64,000 nt of DNA, taken from contig CAYNBT010000002.1 in assembly GCA_964396025.1 (NCBI GenBank), positions 37,030 to 101,029 of the forward strand, in the 5' to 3' direction. The DNA is from an uncultured Candidatus Saccharibacteria bacterium. Its GTDB lineage: Bacteria; Patescibacteriota; WWE3; UBA101185; UBA10185. The number at the start of each line of letters is the position of its first letter. The first letter of the stretch is position 1. Below the pieces are notes generated by a model. It saw nothing but the letters and a program-made list of their open reading frames with translations, had not been told where the DNA came from and did not search any database. The position numbers were made by a program, and so were the translations under genes. Of this stretch, positions 1-8,384 are shown piece after piece.

Positions 1-386
1 GAGGTAAGCTGGGGCTGGATTGGTTACAGAGCGTTCCAGAGAATCTTCATTTACCCATTGATTACGCTAGAGACAATCTGGACATTGGACCTCTAACCAC
101 TAATAAATACACAGAATTTGTTCAGCAGGCTCGCACTATTGTATGGGCTGGACCTCTAGGTAAGTTCGAAGATCCCGAATTCGCCGTTAGCACTGTTACT
201 GTAGCAAAAGCTGTTGTAGCAAGTAACGCTTACTGTGTTGCTGGCGGCGGTGATACAATATCTGCTCTTGAGCTTGCAGGAGTGCTAAGAGATTTTGACT
301 TTGTTTCCACAGGTGGTGGAGCCATGCTGGAATTTTTGGTTAAAGGAACCTTGCCCGGATTGGAAGCGCTTGAATATTATGGCTAA
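1..386 (+). CDS. pgk: Phosphoglycerate kinase, C-terminal fragment (the 5' part lies outside the window).
   Basis: The frame ending at TAA 384-386 translates to ...AGGGDTISALELAGVLRDFDFVSTGGGAMLEFLVKGTLPGLEAL, which is the conserved PGK C-terminal hinge and ATP-domain motif. It is followed by tpiA-type glycolytic context. Confidence 0.8.
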   Translation, partial: GKLGLDWLQSVPENLHLPIDYARDNLDIGPLTTNKYTEFVQQARTIVWAGPLGKFEDPEFAVSTVTVAKAVVASNAYCVAGGGDTISALELAGVLRDFDFVSTGGGAMLEFLVKGTLPGLEALEYYG

Positions 387-645
387 AATTTTAAAAATTT
401 CATTTCCAAATAAATGTAACGGGTGTGAACTGTGCGTGTTAGCTATTCAAAGACAATTTAATCGCACTGGGCTGGATGGTTCCTTGATAAGGATTTTTAG
501 AAAAAAAGAAGAAGACGGCATCACTTATGCCATTGAAATGGATCCTAGTATCAACAATTACGATGTAGCCAGCATAGTTAAGTCTTGCCCAACAGGCGTA
601 TTTGAAATTACAGAGGAATTAAATGAAGAACAACTTCTTAATTAA
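379..645 (+). CDS. Small single-cluster [4Fe-4S] ferredoxin-like protein, 88 aa.
   Basis: An internal ATG at 379 within the 295..645 ORF gives MAKILKIS.... The protein has a CNGCELC motif (CxxCxxC) plus a distal SCP cysteine, the classic four-Cys ferredoxin pattern. It overlaps the pgk stop by 8 nt. Confidence 0.5.
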   Translation: MAKILKISFPNKCNGCELCVLAIQRQFNRTGLDGSLIRIFRKKEEDGITYAIEMDPSINNYDVASIVKSCPTGVFEITEELNEEQLLN

Positions 646-1531
646 GCAGGTACTAATCATAGATCTAGCGAAAAAAGAGTACGCAGTTAAATCCTATGAT
701 GAATTGTACAAATACATTGGCGGAGTAGGTTTGGGTCTTAAACTGTTATCTCAGTACCAGACCGAGGACCCTATTATCTATTCGGTTGGGCCATTAAATG
801 GATTTTTTCCTTATGCTTCAAAAACGTCCGTAGTTCTTAGATCTGACGGTGTGATTGAGGATTTGTATTTGGGAGGGTCTTTATCTTTTAGGTTGAAGTT
901 TTCCGGTATAGATTCTGTTGTGATTAAGGGCGTCTCAAAAGAACCCGTTATTTTGGATATAAGAGGCGATACTGTAAATATCCTTCCTGCAGATGCGGAT
1001 TTGCAAAGTCTTGGTTTACCCGGAAAGCGTAGTGTTCTGGCGTTTGGGGCTTCCAACGATGATGCTAGCTTTAGTTTGGCCGGAAAACTTGTATCTTATG
1101 ACAAATCCAAGCTCTATTTAGATAGATACTTTACATCTCACGAAAAACTTTTGGAGCGAAAATTCCTAGAAAAGAATATCATGGGTATTGTATTTACAGG
1201 GAGCGTTACATTTCCCATAAAAGATACAGAAAAATATGCAGAGATTTTTAGCGCTCTATTGATGCGTTCAAAAGAAGTGTCTATTGCAAAATCTGATGCT
1301 CCGTCGTGTTCAGGCTGTCCTTTGGGTTGCGCTAAGTCTCGTGAAGGTGAGATTGGAGGCAATCTTTTGGCCCACTGCATGGTTTCGTGCTCTTTTGCTC
1401 AAGCAATTTATTCGGATGTAAATACAGTCTTTTCTTGTTTGAATGTTTTGGGGTACGATTACACTCATGAGGATATTGAAAACGCACCGTTGTATATTTC
1501 GCAAGTTCTAAAGGAGATTGATGGGAAATAG
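623..1531 (+). CDS. Aldehyde:ferredoxin oxidoreductase (AOR) family protein, truncated. It covers the N-terminal domain and the start of domain 2, including a CxxCxxxC motif.
   Basis: The sequence KYIGGVGLGLKLL...SVGPLNGFFPYASKTSVV...LKFSGIDSVVIKGVSKEPVILDI matches the AFOR_N domain pattern. CSGCPLGC lies at about residues 229-236. The ORF ends at 302 aa, whereas canonical AORs are about 600 aa. Confidence 0.55.
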   Translation: MKNNFLIKQVLIIDLAKKEYAVKSYDELYKYIGGVGLGLKLLSQYQTEDPIIYSVGPLNGFFPYASKTSVVLRSDGVIEDLYLGGSLSFRLKFSGIDSVVIKGVSKEPVILDIRGDTVNILPADADLQSLGLPGKRSVLAFGASNDDASFSLAGKLVSYDKSKLYLDRYFTSHEKLLERKFLEKNIMGIVFTGSVTFPIKDTEKYAEIFSALLMRSKEVSIAKSDAPSCSGCPLGCAKSREGEIGGNLLAHCMVSCSFAQAIYSDVNTVFSCLNVLGYDYTHEDIENAPLYISQVLKEIDGK

Positions 1532-2198
1532 ATACATTATTGCTAATTGGAAACAGAATCTTAACGCCGCTGAGATATGTGTGTGGTTTCAAAAGTTTGC
1601 TAAGTTACTTGATGGTCATAAAGTGCCGGCATACTTGAATATTTTGATTGCACCAACTTTTGTTCATCTCGCGCTAGTAAATGATTTAGCAAAAGATTTT
1701 GAAAATTTATTCTGCACAGCCCAAAACGTTTCCCTTTTTGATAATGGAGCGCATACAGGTCAAGTAGGTGCTCAGCAACTTACGGACTACTGTTCAAAAG
1801 GAATTGTTGGGCATAGTGAGACCGGAGATTCCGCAGAACAAAGTTTGCAAAAGATATCACTACTCTTGAATCATGGTATACAGCCCTTTCTATGCTTCAC
1901 TAGCTTTTCTTTTGTTGATAATCACAAAGATGTTACACAAATTCCTCTAATTTGGGAGGATCCTGCTAACATCTCGGTAAAAGGGGAATATCGTTCCAGA
2001 AGTTCGCAAGAAATAAAACAGCACTGTGTTGAATTTAAAGACCACCATCCAAAAGCAACCTTACTTTATGGTGGTTCTGTGAATAGACAAAACACTGGTG
2101 ATTTAGGTAATATTGCTGAGCTAGATGGTGTGATAGTTGGCAATGCTAGCCTTGATCCAGAGCACTTTTTTGAAATAGTTAAATCTTTTGAATTATGA
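1521..2198 (+). CDS. tpiA: Triosephosphate isomerase.
   Basis: The protein has the IANWKQN, GAQNVS and GAHTGQV...GHSE TIM signatures. The AAGGAG at 1511-1516 favours the ATG at 1521 over the TTG at 1518. Confidence 0.85.
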   Translation: MGNRYIIANWKQNLNAAEICVWFQKFAKLLDGHKVPAYLNILIAPTFVHLALVNDLAKDFENLFCTAQNVSLFDNGAHTGQVGAQQLTDYCSKGIVGHSETGDSAEQSLQKISLLLNHGIQPFLCFTSFSFVDNHKDVTQIPLIWEDPANISVKGEYRSRSSQEIKQHCVEFKDHHPKATLLYGGSVNRQNTGDLGNIAELDGVIVGNASLDPEHFFEIVKSFEL

Positions 2199-3274
2199 AA
2201 TATATCGATTTGAACAAATCTGTTGTGCAAAAGCAACAGGCCAAAGCCTCATTATCGCAGCAAGCTCAGTCTGGCCAAAACAAGAAACGTATGGTTATAT
2301 TTTTTGCTGTGATCATGATTCTGGTAGGTTTTTTCTTCTTTTCCGGCGGTAGTTTAGCTGCGTTGTTTGATCCAGTATCAATTGTGGGAAATGCAGCAAC
2401 TACCAAGCTTAAAGAGACTGATGGGCGAACAAACATTCTGATCTTGGGTTCGGATAAGAGATCTGTAGGATCCGTAACCTCTGTTCTAACCGACACCATA
2501 CTTGTTGCCTCCATAGGCCGTGTCGAAGGAAATGTTGTTTTGCTTTCGCTGCCACGAGATTTATGGGTAAAAACAGAAGATGGTTATCAGTCCAAAATAA
2601 ACGCAGTTTATGCAAATGGTGGAGGTGACAGTATAAGCAAGGTTGCAGAAGATGTACTAGGTGTGCCCATTCACTATTACGCTGTGGTAAACTTTGAGAT
2701 TTTTAAGAAGGTTATTGATATCCTGGGTGGGGTTGAGGTTACTGTTGACCACGCCTTTGTTGATTACAGTTATCCAGTGGAAGGTAAAGAAAATGCGCCG
2801 GAATCTGAACGTTATGAAATCGTAAAGTTTTCTCAAGGCAAGCAGCAGATGAACGGTGAAGTAGCATTAAAATTTGTGCGTTCCCGAAAAGGTGATAATG
2901 GTGAGGGTACTGATTTTGCACGTTCTCGCCGTCAGCAAAAAGTCATTATGGCGATTAAAGACAAGGCGTTGTCTCTAGAGACTCTAATCGACCCAACTAA
3001 GCTAAAAAACCTCTATGACACCTACTATAAAAATGTAGACACCAATCTGGACTTTTCCACGTTACAAGGATTTTACTTTTTATCCAAAAAGATAAATTTT
3101 GAGCAAGTTCGCTCAATAGTTTTAGATGATCGTAGCGCCTCTGTTGAAGGGGGTTTGCTATATGCACCTGAAGATAGAACCCTGTACGGTGGGGCGTATG
3201 TGTTAATTCCTAAATCAGGAAATTTTGCTCAGCTCCATGCTTATGTACAAAGATATATCTTTGGCGAATTATGA
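2195..3274 (+). CDS. LCP family (LytR-CpsA-Psr) cell-envelope phosphotransferase.
   Basis: An N-terminal TM segment is followed by TNILILGSDKR...TDTILVASI...LLSLPRDLWV...NAVYANGG, the LCP domain motifs. Its ATG overlaps the tpiA stop as ATGA. Confidence 0.8.
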   Translation: MKYIDLNKSVVQKQQAKASLSQQAQSGQNKKRMVIFFAVIMILVGFFFFSGGSLAALFDPVSIVGNAATTKLKETDGRTNILILGSDKRSVGSVTSVLTDTILVASIGRVEGNVVLLSLPRDLWVKTEDGYQSKINAVYANGGGDSISKVAEDVLGVPIHYYAVVNFEIFKKVIDILGGVEVTVDHAFVDYSYPVEGKENAPESERYEIVKFSQGKQQMNGEVALKFVRSRKGDNGEGTDFARSRRQQKVIMAIKDKALSLETLIDPTKLKNLYDTYYKNVDTNLDFSTLQGFYFLSKKINFEQVRSIVLDDRSASVEGGLLYAPEDRTLYGGAYVLIPKSGNFAQLHAYVQRYIFGEL

Positions 3275-3963
3275 TTTTTATTCTCCATGGTGATAATTCC
3301 GTCTTTTTAAGAGATTTAGTTTTTAAACTTCAAACCAAACTTTTTGCTGAATCACGTATCGAAAGAGACATTTCTGTAATTTCTCCTGCACAGCTGTCTG
3401 TTTTAGTCTCTTCTTTTGATATTTTTAGCGCGGCACCGTTTATAGTTTTAGATATCACTAAGGCTGGCTCCGGAGATAAAAGCGCATATGTCGATGCTGT
3501 TAGAGCTATGCCCGCAGAAACCAACCTGATTTTACTCAGTCATAAGCTATTACCTAAGAATAGCATTTGGTTTAAAAACTTTGAGAATGCCAAAATCTTT
3601 GAAAGTAACGTCGCCCCCGATTCTAGTGTATTTAAGTTTTTGGATCAGCTTTTCGTACAGAATAGATCAGTGTCTTACGAAGAGCTGCATAAGCTTTTGG
3701 TAGAAGGACAGGATCCATTCTATATTTTTTCTATGCTACTTTATTCCCTTAGAAACATTGCTGGGGTTAAGTTTGGAGCACCCACGTTTGCAAAACTGCA
3801 GCCGTTTATGCGTTCAAAATTTGAGCGACAGGCGAATAAATTCTCAGAAGAAACACTTAGGTCTTTTTACCTTTATTTTGCTGATCTAGACAGAAAGGTT
3901 AAGTTAGGTCAAATTAATTCAGATACTATGCTCACTCTAGCAGTGGAGAAAGTTTTGGCATAA
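3271..3963 (+). CDS. Putative DNA polymerase III delta subunit (HolA-like), short form.
   Basis: The N-terminus MIFILHGDNSVFL resembles the delta-subunit start (LYGEE..L). The size and helical C-terminal part are consistent. The match is weak. Its start overlaps the LCP stop as ATGA. Confidence 0.35.
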   Translation: MIFILHGDNSVFLRDLVFKLQTKLFAESRIERDISVISPAQLSVLVSSFDIFSAAPFIVLDITKAGSGDKSAYVDAVRAMPAETNLILLSHKLLPKNSIWFKNFENAKIFESNVAPDSSVFKFLDQLFVQNRSVSYEELHKLLVEGQDPFYIFSMLLYSLRNIAGVKFGAPTFAKLQPFMRSKFERQANKFSEETLRSFYLYFADLDRKVKLGQINSDTMLTLAVEKVLA

Positions 3964-3965
3964 CT

Positions 3966-4688
3966 ATGACTCAAAGAATTTACATCAAAGATGAATCATT
4001 TGACCCTATATTTAAGCAAAGAAACGCGTCTTTTTTGTTGAAATCCCGCATTCTACCTTTAAGTTCTATATTACTTGGTGTTGTTATTCTTATCACCCAA
4101 ATTATTGTGCCGCTTGTGTTCTTTGAAACCTCAGAAAACATTTCCAAGCCTGTGCGATCCACTATGCTTGGAATTGCTTCGGGGTTTGGCGATTTTTCGT
4201 TTAATGAGCTTGAAGATTCCTCTTCAACGTTGGAAGGTAATTCCAATGTTCCAGATAAATTCTATCTTTCTATACCAAAGTTAAAGATAGATAGGGCAGT
4301 CGTTGATACAAATTCCAAATCACTAAGCCCTGACGATGTTATTGGGCACTATATTGGTTCTGCATTGCCTGATGCTCCGGGAAACATGTTTTTGTATGGT
4401 CACTCTGTTTTACCCGTGTTTTACAATCCCAAGAATTACAAAACCATATTTTCTACACTAAATAAATTGCAGGATGGTGATGTTATCACTATTGAGTACA
4501 ATAACAAAAAATACACCTATAAAGTGGATTCTGTTGAAATTTTAAAAACCTCCGAAGTTAAACCTTTAGGTCAAGTAAGCCCAAGATATCTTAATGAATC
4601 TACAATAACTATTATGACTTGTTGGCCTCCGGGGACTAAGAGTAAAAGATTACAAGTTGTTGGTACTCAGATTAATCCAACTTTTTGA
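3966..4688 (+). CDS. Sortase (transpeptidase).
   Basis: An N-terminal TM anchor is followed by the catalytic motifs LYGHS (His), TIMTCWPPG (TLxTC Cys) and a downstream Arg (SKRLQV). Confidence 0.75.
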   Translation: MTQRIYIKDESFDPIFKQRNASFLLKSRILPLSSILLGVVILITQIIVPLVFFETSENISKPVRSTMLGIASGFGDFSFNELEDSSSTLEGNSNVPDKFYLSIPKLKIDRAVVDTNSKSLSPDDVIGHYIGSALPDAPGNMFLYGHSVLPVFYNPKNYKTIFSTLNKLQDGDVITIEYNNKKYTYKVDSVEILKTSEVKPLGQVSPRYLNESTITIMTCWPPGTKSKRLQVVGTQINPTF

Positions 4689-5088
4689 TAACACGTTCTT
4701 CAAAAGAGCTAAGAGCTAATTTTCTGGGACCTTTACCTACCGCAAAAGCGCCAAAGGCTAGCAAAGCTGTAGAAGTAAACAGTGCGTAGGTGATTCCGGC
4801 AGTTCCTGTGTCAGGTACTGCTGTGGTAGTTTGGGTAGTCTCGGTAGAATCTGCTCCTGCCAAGACCACTGGTAGTGCGTTAACTGCTGATTCTTTGGAG
4901 ATATCCTCAAACACGCTGGGCTTAGAATCTGTTTGAGCAAGTTGATTTGCTGATTCTAAGTCATCTTCTATATTCACATTGCTTGTTGAATCTGTGATTA
5001 GATAGTACAACGAGCTAAAAATAACCAATGCTAAAGATAGGGTGATTACGAAAGTTTTGAATCCATTTTTTGCTTGATACGAGTTCAT
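4672..5088 (-). CDS. Small surface protein carrying a C-terminal sortase sorting signal (VPDTG, hydrophobic segment, basic tail).
   Basis: An N-terminal signal/TM segment is followed by a low-complexity Ser/Thr/Glu-rich region. Then come AVPDTG, TAGITYALFTSTALLAFGAFAV and GKGPRK, the tripartite cell-wall sorting signal. The gene is convergent with the sortase and overlaps its 3' end. Confidence 0.55.
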   Translation of the reverse strand: MNSYQAKNGFKTFVITLSLALVIFSSLYYLITDSTSNVNIEDDLESANQLAQTDSKPSVFEDISKESAVNALPVVLAGADSTETTQTTTAVPDTGTAGITYALFTSTALLAFGAFAVGKGPRKLALSSFEERVIKKLD

Positions 5089-5101
5089 AGGCAGGCTTTA
5101 T

Positions 5102-5272
5102 TTATTCTTTACTTAAACTATTTATAAATTCTACATCAATTGTAGCATCTATCAATACATTGTTTTCAAGTACTTTTTTTTCAGGCGCATTTTGTTTGAT
5201 TTCATTGTTTGCCGCAGCCCAAAGTAAACAAGTCAAAATTATGCTAAAAATGATTAAAATAAAGTTTTTCAT
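5102..5272 (-). CDS. Unannotated small secreted protein of 56 aa (MKNFILIIFSIILTCLLWAAANNEIKQ...SLSKE), translationally coupled to the upstream PilO-like gene.
   Basis: I translated the minus strand by hand. The ATG at 5272-5270 overlaps the TGA stop of ORF 5269..5832 as ATGA. There is an N-terminal signal-peptide-like hydrophobic segment. The ORF is below the 60-aa cutoff of the ORF track. Confidence 0.45.
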   Translation of the reverse strand: MKNFILIIFSIILTCLLWAAANNEIKQNAPEKKVLENNVLIDATIDVEFINSLSKE

Positions 5273-5832
5273 ATTGGTTTGTAAAAAATCATAAGCTCCA
5301 AGTCAATCTCAACAAGACCATCTTCAGTAGGAGTAATCACTACAGACTTAATGATACTGGGCCTTTTTTGATTCTCGATGCTTTTTACAAGATTTGCGGC
5401 ATTCTCCCATGTTCCTGTCAATGTTGCGTCAATGTTTGCATTATGCGTGCTTTTGTCTGCTAGAACATTCCATGTATCAACAATATACCCTTGATTTGCG
5501 GCTTGAGTAACAAAATCAATCAAGTAATCCTGCTCCTGCAAATTATTTGGCATGTATTGGTTAAATTGTTCTATGGCAGTCAAATTCTTATTATAAGTTT
5601 CTAGTAATGTTGAATGTAGTCTAAGTTTTGCTCGTTTGGACATAAGTACCTTGGAAAGCTCGGCTTCGTATTTACGATTTTCCAAGTAGTTACCTAAATG
5701 AGTCCTGGCGCCGAAAGCTACAAACAAGATGATACACAGACCTATCAAGCTTATGTACATTATCATTTCACGTTCCGGTTCTAGTTGAATACGTCTTGTA
5801 TATTCTGATTCTAGTTTTTTAATAAAGCTCAT
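5269..5832 (-). CDS. PilO-like type IV pilus inner-membrane assembly protein.
   Basis: It has a short cytoplasmic N-terminus, a single TM segment (MIMYISLIGLCIILFVAFGA), a coiled-coil segment and a C-terminal domain of about 90 aa. Size and topology match PilO. It lies directly downstream of the PilN-like gene. Confidence 0.35.
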   Translation of the reverse strand: MSFIKKLESEYTRRIQLEPEREMIMYISLIGLCIILFVAFGARTHLGNYLENRKYEAELSKVLMSKRAKLRLHSTLLETYNKNLTAIEQFNQYMPNNLQEQDYLIDFVTQAANQGYIVDTWNVLADKSTHNANIDATLTGTWENAANLVKSIENQKRPSIIKSVVITPTEDGLVEIDLELMIFYKPI

Positions 5833-6386
5833 TTGAATGTTATTATCATTTCGGAATTATATAAATTTTGCCCAGAGATAAGGTTTACCTGATCCAGATA
5901 CACTTCATTAACAGTGTTGTTCTTTAGCATGGAGTCAATAAAGAAAGATATGGCTAATGCGTTTTGTGTCTCAACGCTGACTGCCACTTCATTGAGATTC
6001 GAGCTATTCAGTCCTAGTAGTTTAAATTCAGCATTAGCTTGTTTTAAGATTAGATCGATTTTTGCGCTATGGGCGTTGCTCTTGGTTCGAGTTTGTAGTT
6101 CCTTGTAATATGCAATTCGTTCGATAAGATTGTGTACTTTTGCTTCGTCAAACCCCTTTTGTTTGTAAAGTTTCTCTATTGATTCAATTCCTTCAAGAGT
6201 TCTACGGATGTTCTGATTTGAACGAAATTCCAAGAAAAGAATTAAAAGGAATATGGTTTCGATAGCGATTATAGTTATTTTTGTGACTAATATGAGTTTT
6301 GAGCGTACACGCAGGGCAACGGGAGCTGTATAGTAACTGCTATTTAGTAAATTTAGGTTTTGATTGTTTGGTTGGTTTTGTTCCAT
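5829..6386 (-). CDS. PilN-like type IV pilus inner-membrane assembly protein. The start is uncertain: the ATG at 6386, or the ORF-track start at 6407.
   Basis: The N-terminal NLNLLNSS resembles the PilN INLLP motif. A single TM segment, a coiled-coil region and a periplasmic domain follow. Its stop overlaps the next start as ATGA. It overlaps the rpsT 3' end by at least 47 nt. Confidence 0.4.
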   Translation of the reverse strand: MEQNQPNNQNLNLLNSSYYTAPVALRVRSKLILVTKITIIAIETIFLLILFLEFRSNQNIRRTLEGIESIEKLYKQKGFDEAKVHNLIERIAYYKELQTRTKSNAHSAKIDLILKQANAEFKLLGLNSSNLNEVAVSVETQNALAISFFIDSMLKNNTVNEVYLDQVNLISGQNLYNSEMIITFK

Positions 6387-6648
6387 GGGCAGCAATCTTC
6401 TTTGCAAATCTTGCTTTCATTCTACTAGCTTTGTTTTTGTGAATCACCTTTTCTTTTGACGCCTTGTCTAGTGCTTTTTGCAGCAAAGATTGTTCCTTCA
6501 TCATATCACCTAACGCACCTTTTTTGGATTCTAATAGATCAAGGAGTGCTTTTGTAGCTGCCTTAATTCTCCTTCTCCAGAAAAGGTTGTGATCTCGTTT
6601 TACTTTTGATTGTCGTTCTGCTTTTGCAGCAGATCTTGTATTTGGCAT
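6340..6648 (-). CDS. rpsT: 30S ribosomal protein S20.
   Basis: MPNTRSAAKAERQSKVKRDHN...IHKNKASRMKA matches the S20 family (E. coli MANIKSAKKRA...IHKNKAARHK). It carries a Lys-rich C-terminal extension. Confidence 0.85.
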   Translation of the reverse strand: MPNTRSAAKAERQSKVKRDHNLFWRRRIKAATKALLDLLESKKGALGDMMKEQSLLQKALDKASKEKVIHKNKASRMKARFAKKIAAHGTKPTKQSKPKFTK

Positions 6649-6695
6649 AAGACGCACGTATGATACCATATGATTTCAAGAATTGAAAACACTTT

Positions 6696-8345
6696 ATGGT
6701 GGCATCCGCAATAAAAACTAGCAAAAAATTTCTTTTTAGCACTCAGAATACTATCATTTCGGCAGCTTTTATCATAGCGGTTACTTATGCTGCATCGGCC
6801 TTTTTGGGCTTGGTACGGGCTAGAATGCTTGCTCATTATTTTGGTGCTACAGACGTGTTAGGGGTCTTTTATACCGCAGACAGAATCCCTAGCCTCATTT
6901 ATTCCGTACTTGTTGCAGGTACTTTATCTACAATTTTTATTCCTGTTTTTACCGAAACGTTAAAGAAAGACAAAGAAGCAGCATGGGAAGTGGCGTCCTC
7001 CATACTCATGTTTTGCCTAGCTGTTTTCCTTATTATTTCCCTGTTCCTGTTCGTATACGCCGGTAAAGTTATAGCAGGTTTGTCTTTGGGTAAATTTACT
7101 TCAGAAGAAGTTTTATTAGGCAGCAGTCTACTAAGAATCATGCTTATTGCCCAAGTAATCCTGGTTGTTAGCAGTTTCTTTTCAAGTGTTTTGCAATCGT
7201 TAAGATTTTTTCTGATACCCGCACTCTCACCTGTTTTTTACAACTTGGGCATGATTCTTGGTCTAGTTTACTTTTATAAATCGTATGGTATCTACGCACC
7301 GGCTTTGGGGGTTGTCCTAGGTGCGTTACTCCATCTGTTTATTCAACTACCTTTGTTACGCAAAGTTAATTTTCGTTTTAGGTTTGTACCAAACTTATTC
7401 TCAACATATATCAAAGATTACACAGGGCTTTTTTTGCCCAGAATTTTAGGTTCTTTGTTGGTCCAGGTATCCTTTGTTATCAGCAACTCTTTGGCAATTT
7501 TAGTCTCTACATCATCAGTCGTGATATTTAAGTTTGCCAATCAACTGGAGGCGTTTCCCGTATTGTTGTTTGGTTCATCGATAGCTGCTGCTGCATTGCC
7601 TACTCTTTCTTTTGAATCAGGAGAAAAAGATAAGGAGAAATTTAAAAATACCTTTGTTACATCCTTGCATCAAATGTTGTTTCTGGTAATTCCTGCGAGC
7701 GTAATATTTTTAGTTTTGAGGGTGCCTGTGATTCGTTTAATTTATGGAGTAGCGAACTTTTCTTGGGATGCAACTATTCAAACATCTTACACCTTGGCTT
7801 TCTTTAGTCTTTCTATGTTTTCGCAGAGCTCACTGTACCTTTTGAATAGGGCTTTCTTCGCCCTTAAAGATACGGCTACACCACTAAAGATCAATGCCTT
7901 AAGTGTGTTGTTTGGTTCTGCAACCGCATTCGTGCTCGTTAAGTATTTTGAATTGGGTGTGTGGTCACTTGCGTTTGCGTATTCTCTAGCCTCTATCGCT
8001 GAATTTTTTGTGCTCACATATCTTTTAGATAAGAAAGTTGGAGGATTTGGGTATGATAGCTTGGTGAAACCATTTGTTAAAATCAGCTATGCCGCGGTTT
8101 TTATGGGAATGTCTTTGTATTTACCCATGAAGTTCTTAGATATTGCGGTTTTTGATACCACCAAAACATTAAGTTTACTGATGCTTACTGTGATCGCCGG
8201 CATTGCTGGTATGATATCCTACTTGCTATTTACATGGTTGTTAAAAGTTGAGGAGATAGCATTGTTGTATAAACTGTTAGGAAAGTTGAGTATTAGACCA
8301 GCCATTCAAAATCATCCACCTACTTCAGCTAGTGAACAGGCCTAA
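6696..8345 (+). CDS. murJ: Lipid II flippase MurJ (MviN).
   Basis: This is a polytopic membrane protein. The N-terminal LGLVRARMLAHYFGATDVLGVFYTADRIPSLIYSVLVAGTLSTIFIPVF matches the MurJ signature. Confidence 0.85.
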   Translation: MVASAIKTSKKFLFSTQNTIISAAFIIAVTYAASAFLGLVRARMLAHYFGATDVLGVFYTADRIPSLIYSVLVAGTLSTIFIPVFTETLKKDKEAAWEVASSILMFCLAVFLIISLFLFVYAGKVIAGLSLGKFTSEEVLLGSSLLRIMLIAQVILVVSSFFSSVLQSLRFFLIPALSPVFYNLGMILGLVYFYKSYGIYAPALGVVLGALLHLFIQLPLLRKVNFRFRFVPNLFSTYIKDYTGLFLPRILGSLLVQVSFVISNSLAILVSTSSVVIFKFANQLEAFPVLLFGSSIAAAALPTLSFESGEKDKEKFKNTFVTSLHQMLFLVIPASVIFLVLRVPVIRLIYGVANFSWDATIQTSYTLAFFSLSMFSQSSLYLLNRAFFALKDTATPLKINALSVLFGSATAFVLVKYFELGVWSLAFAYSLASIAEFFVLTYLLDKKVGGFGYDSLVKPFVKISYAAVFMGMSLYLPMKFLDIAVFDTTKTLSLLMLTVIAGIAGMISYLLFTWLLKVEEIALLYKLLGKLSIRPAIQNHPPTSASEQA

Positions 8346-8384
8346 TTGCTGTCAGAATCTTCATTCTGATGTTAAAATCCCGCT

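Noticed and set aside
295-645. The 116-aa ORF as drawn in the track (MTLFPQVVEPCWNF...).
   Set aside because: Its first 28 codons lie inside the pgk C-terminus in another frame. Only the part from the ATG at 379 (the ferredoxin) looks real.
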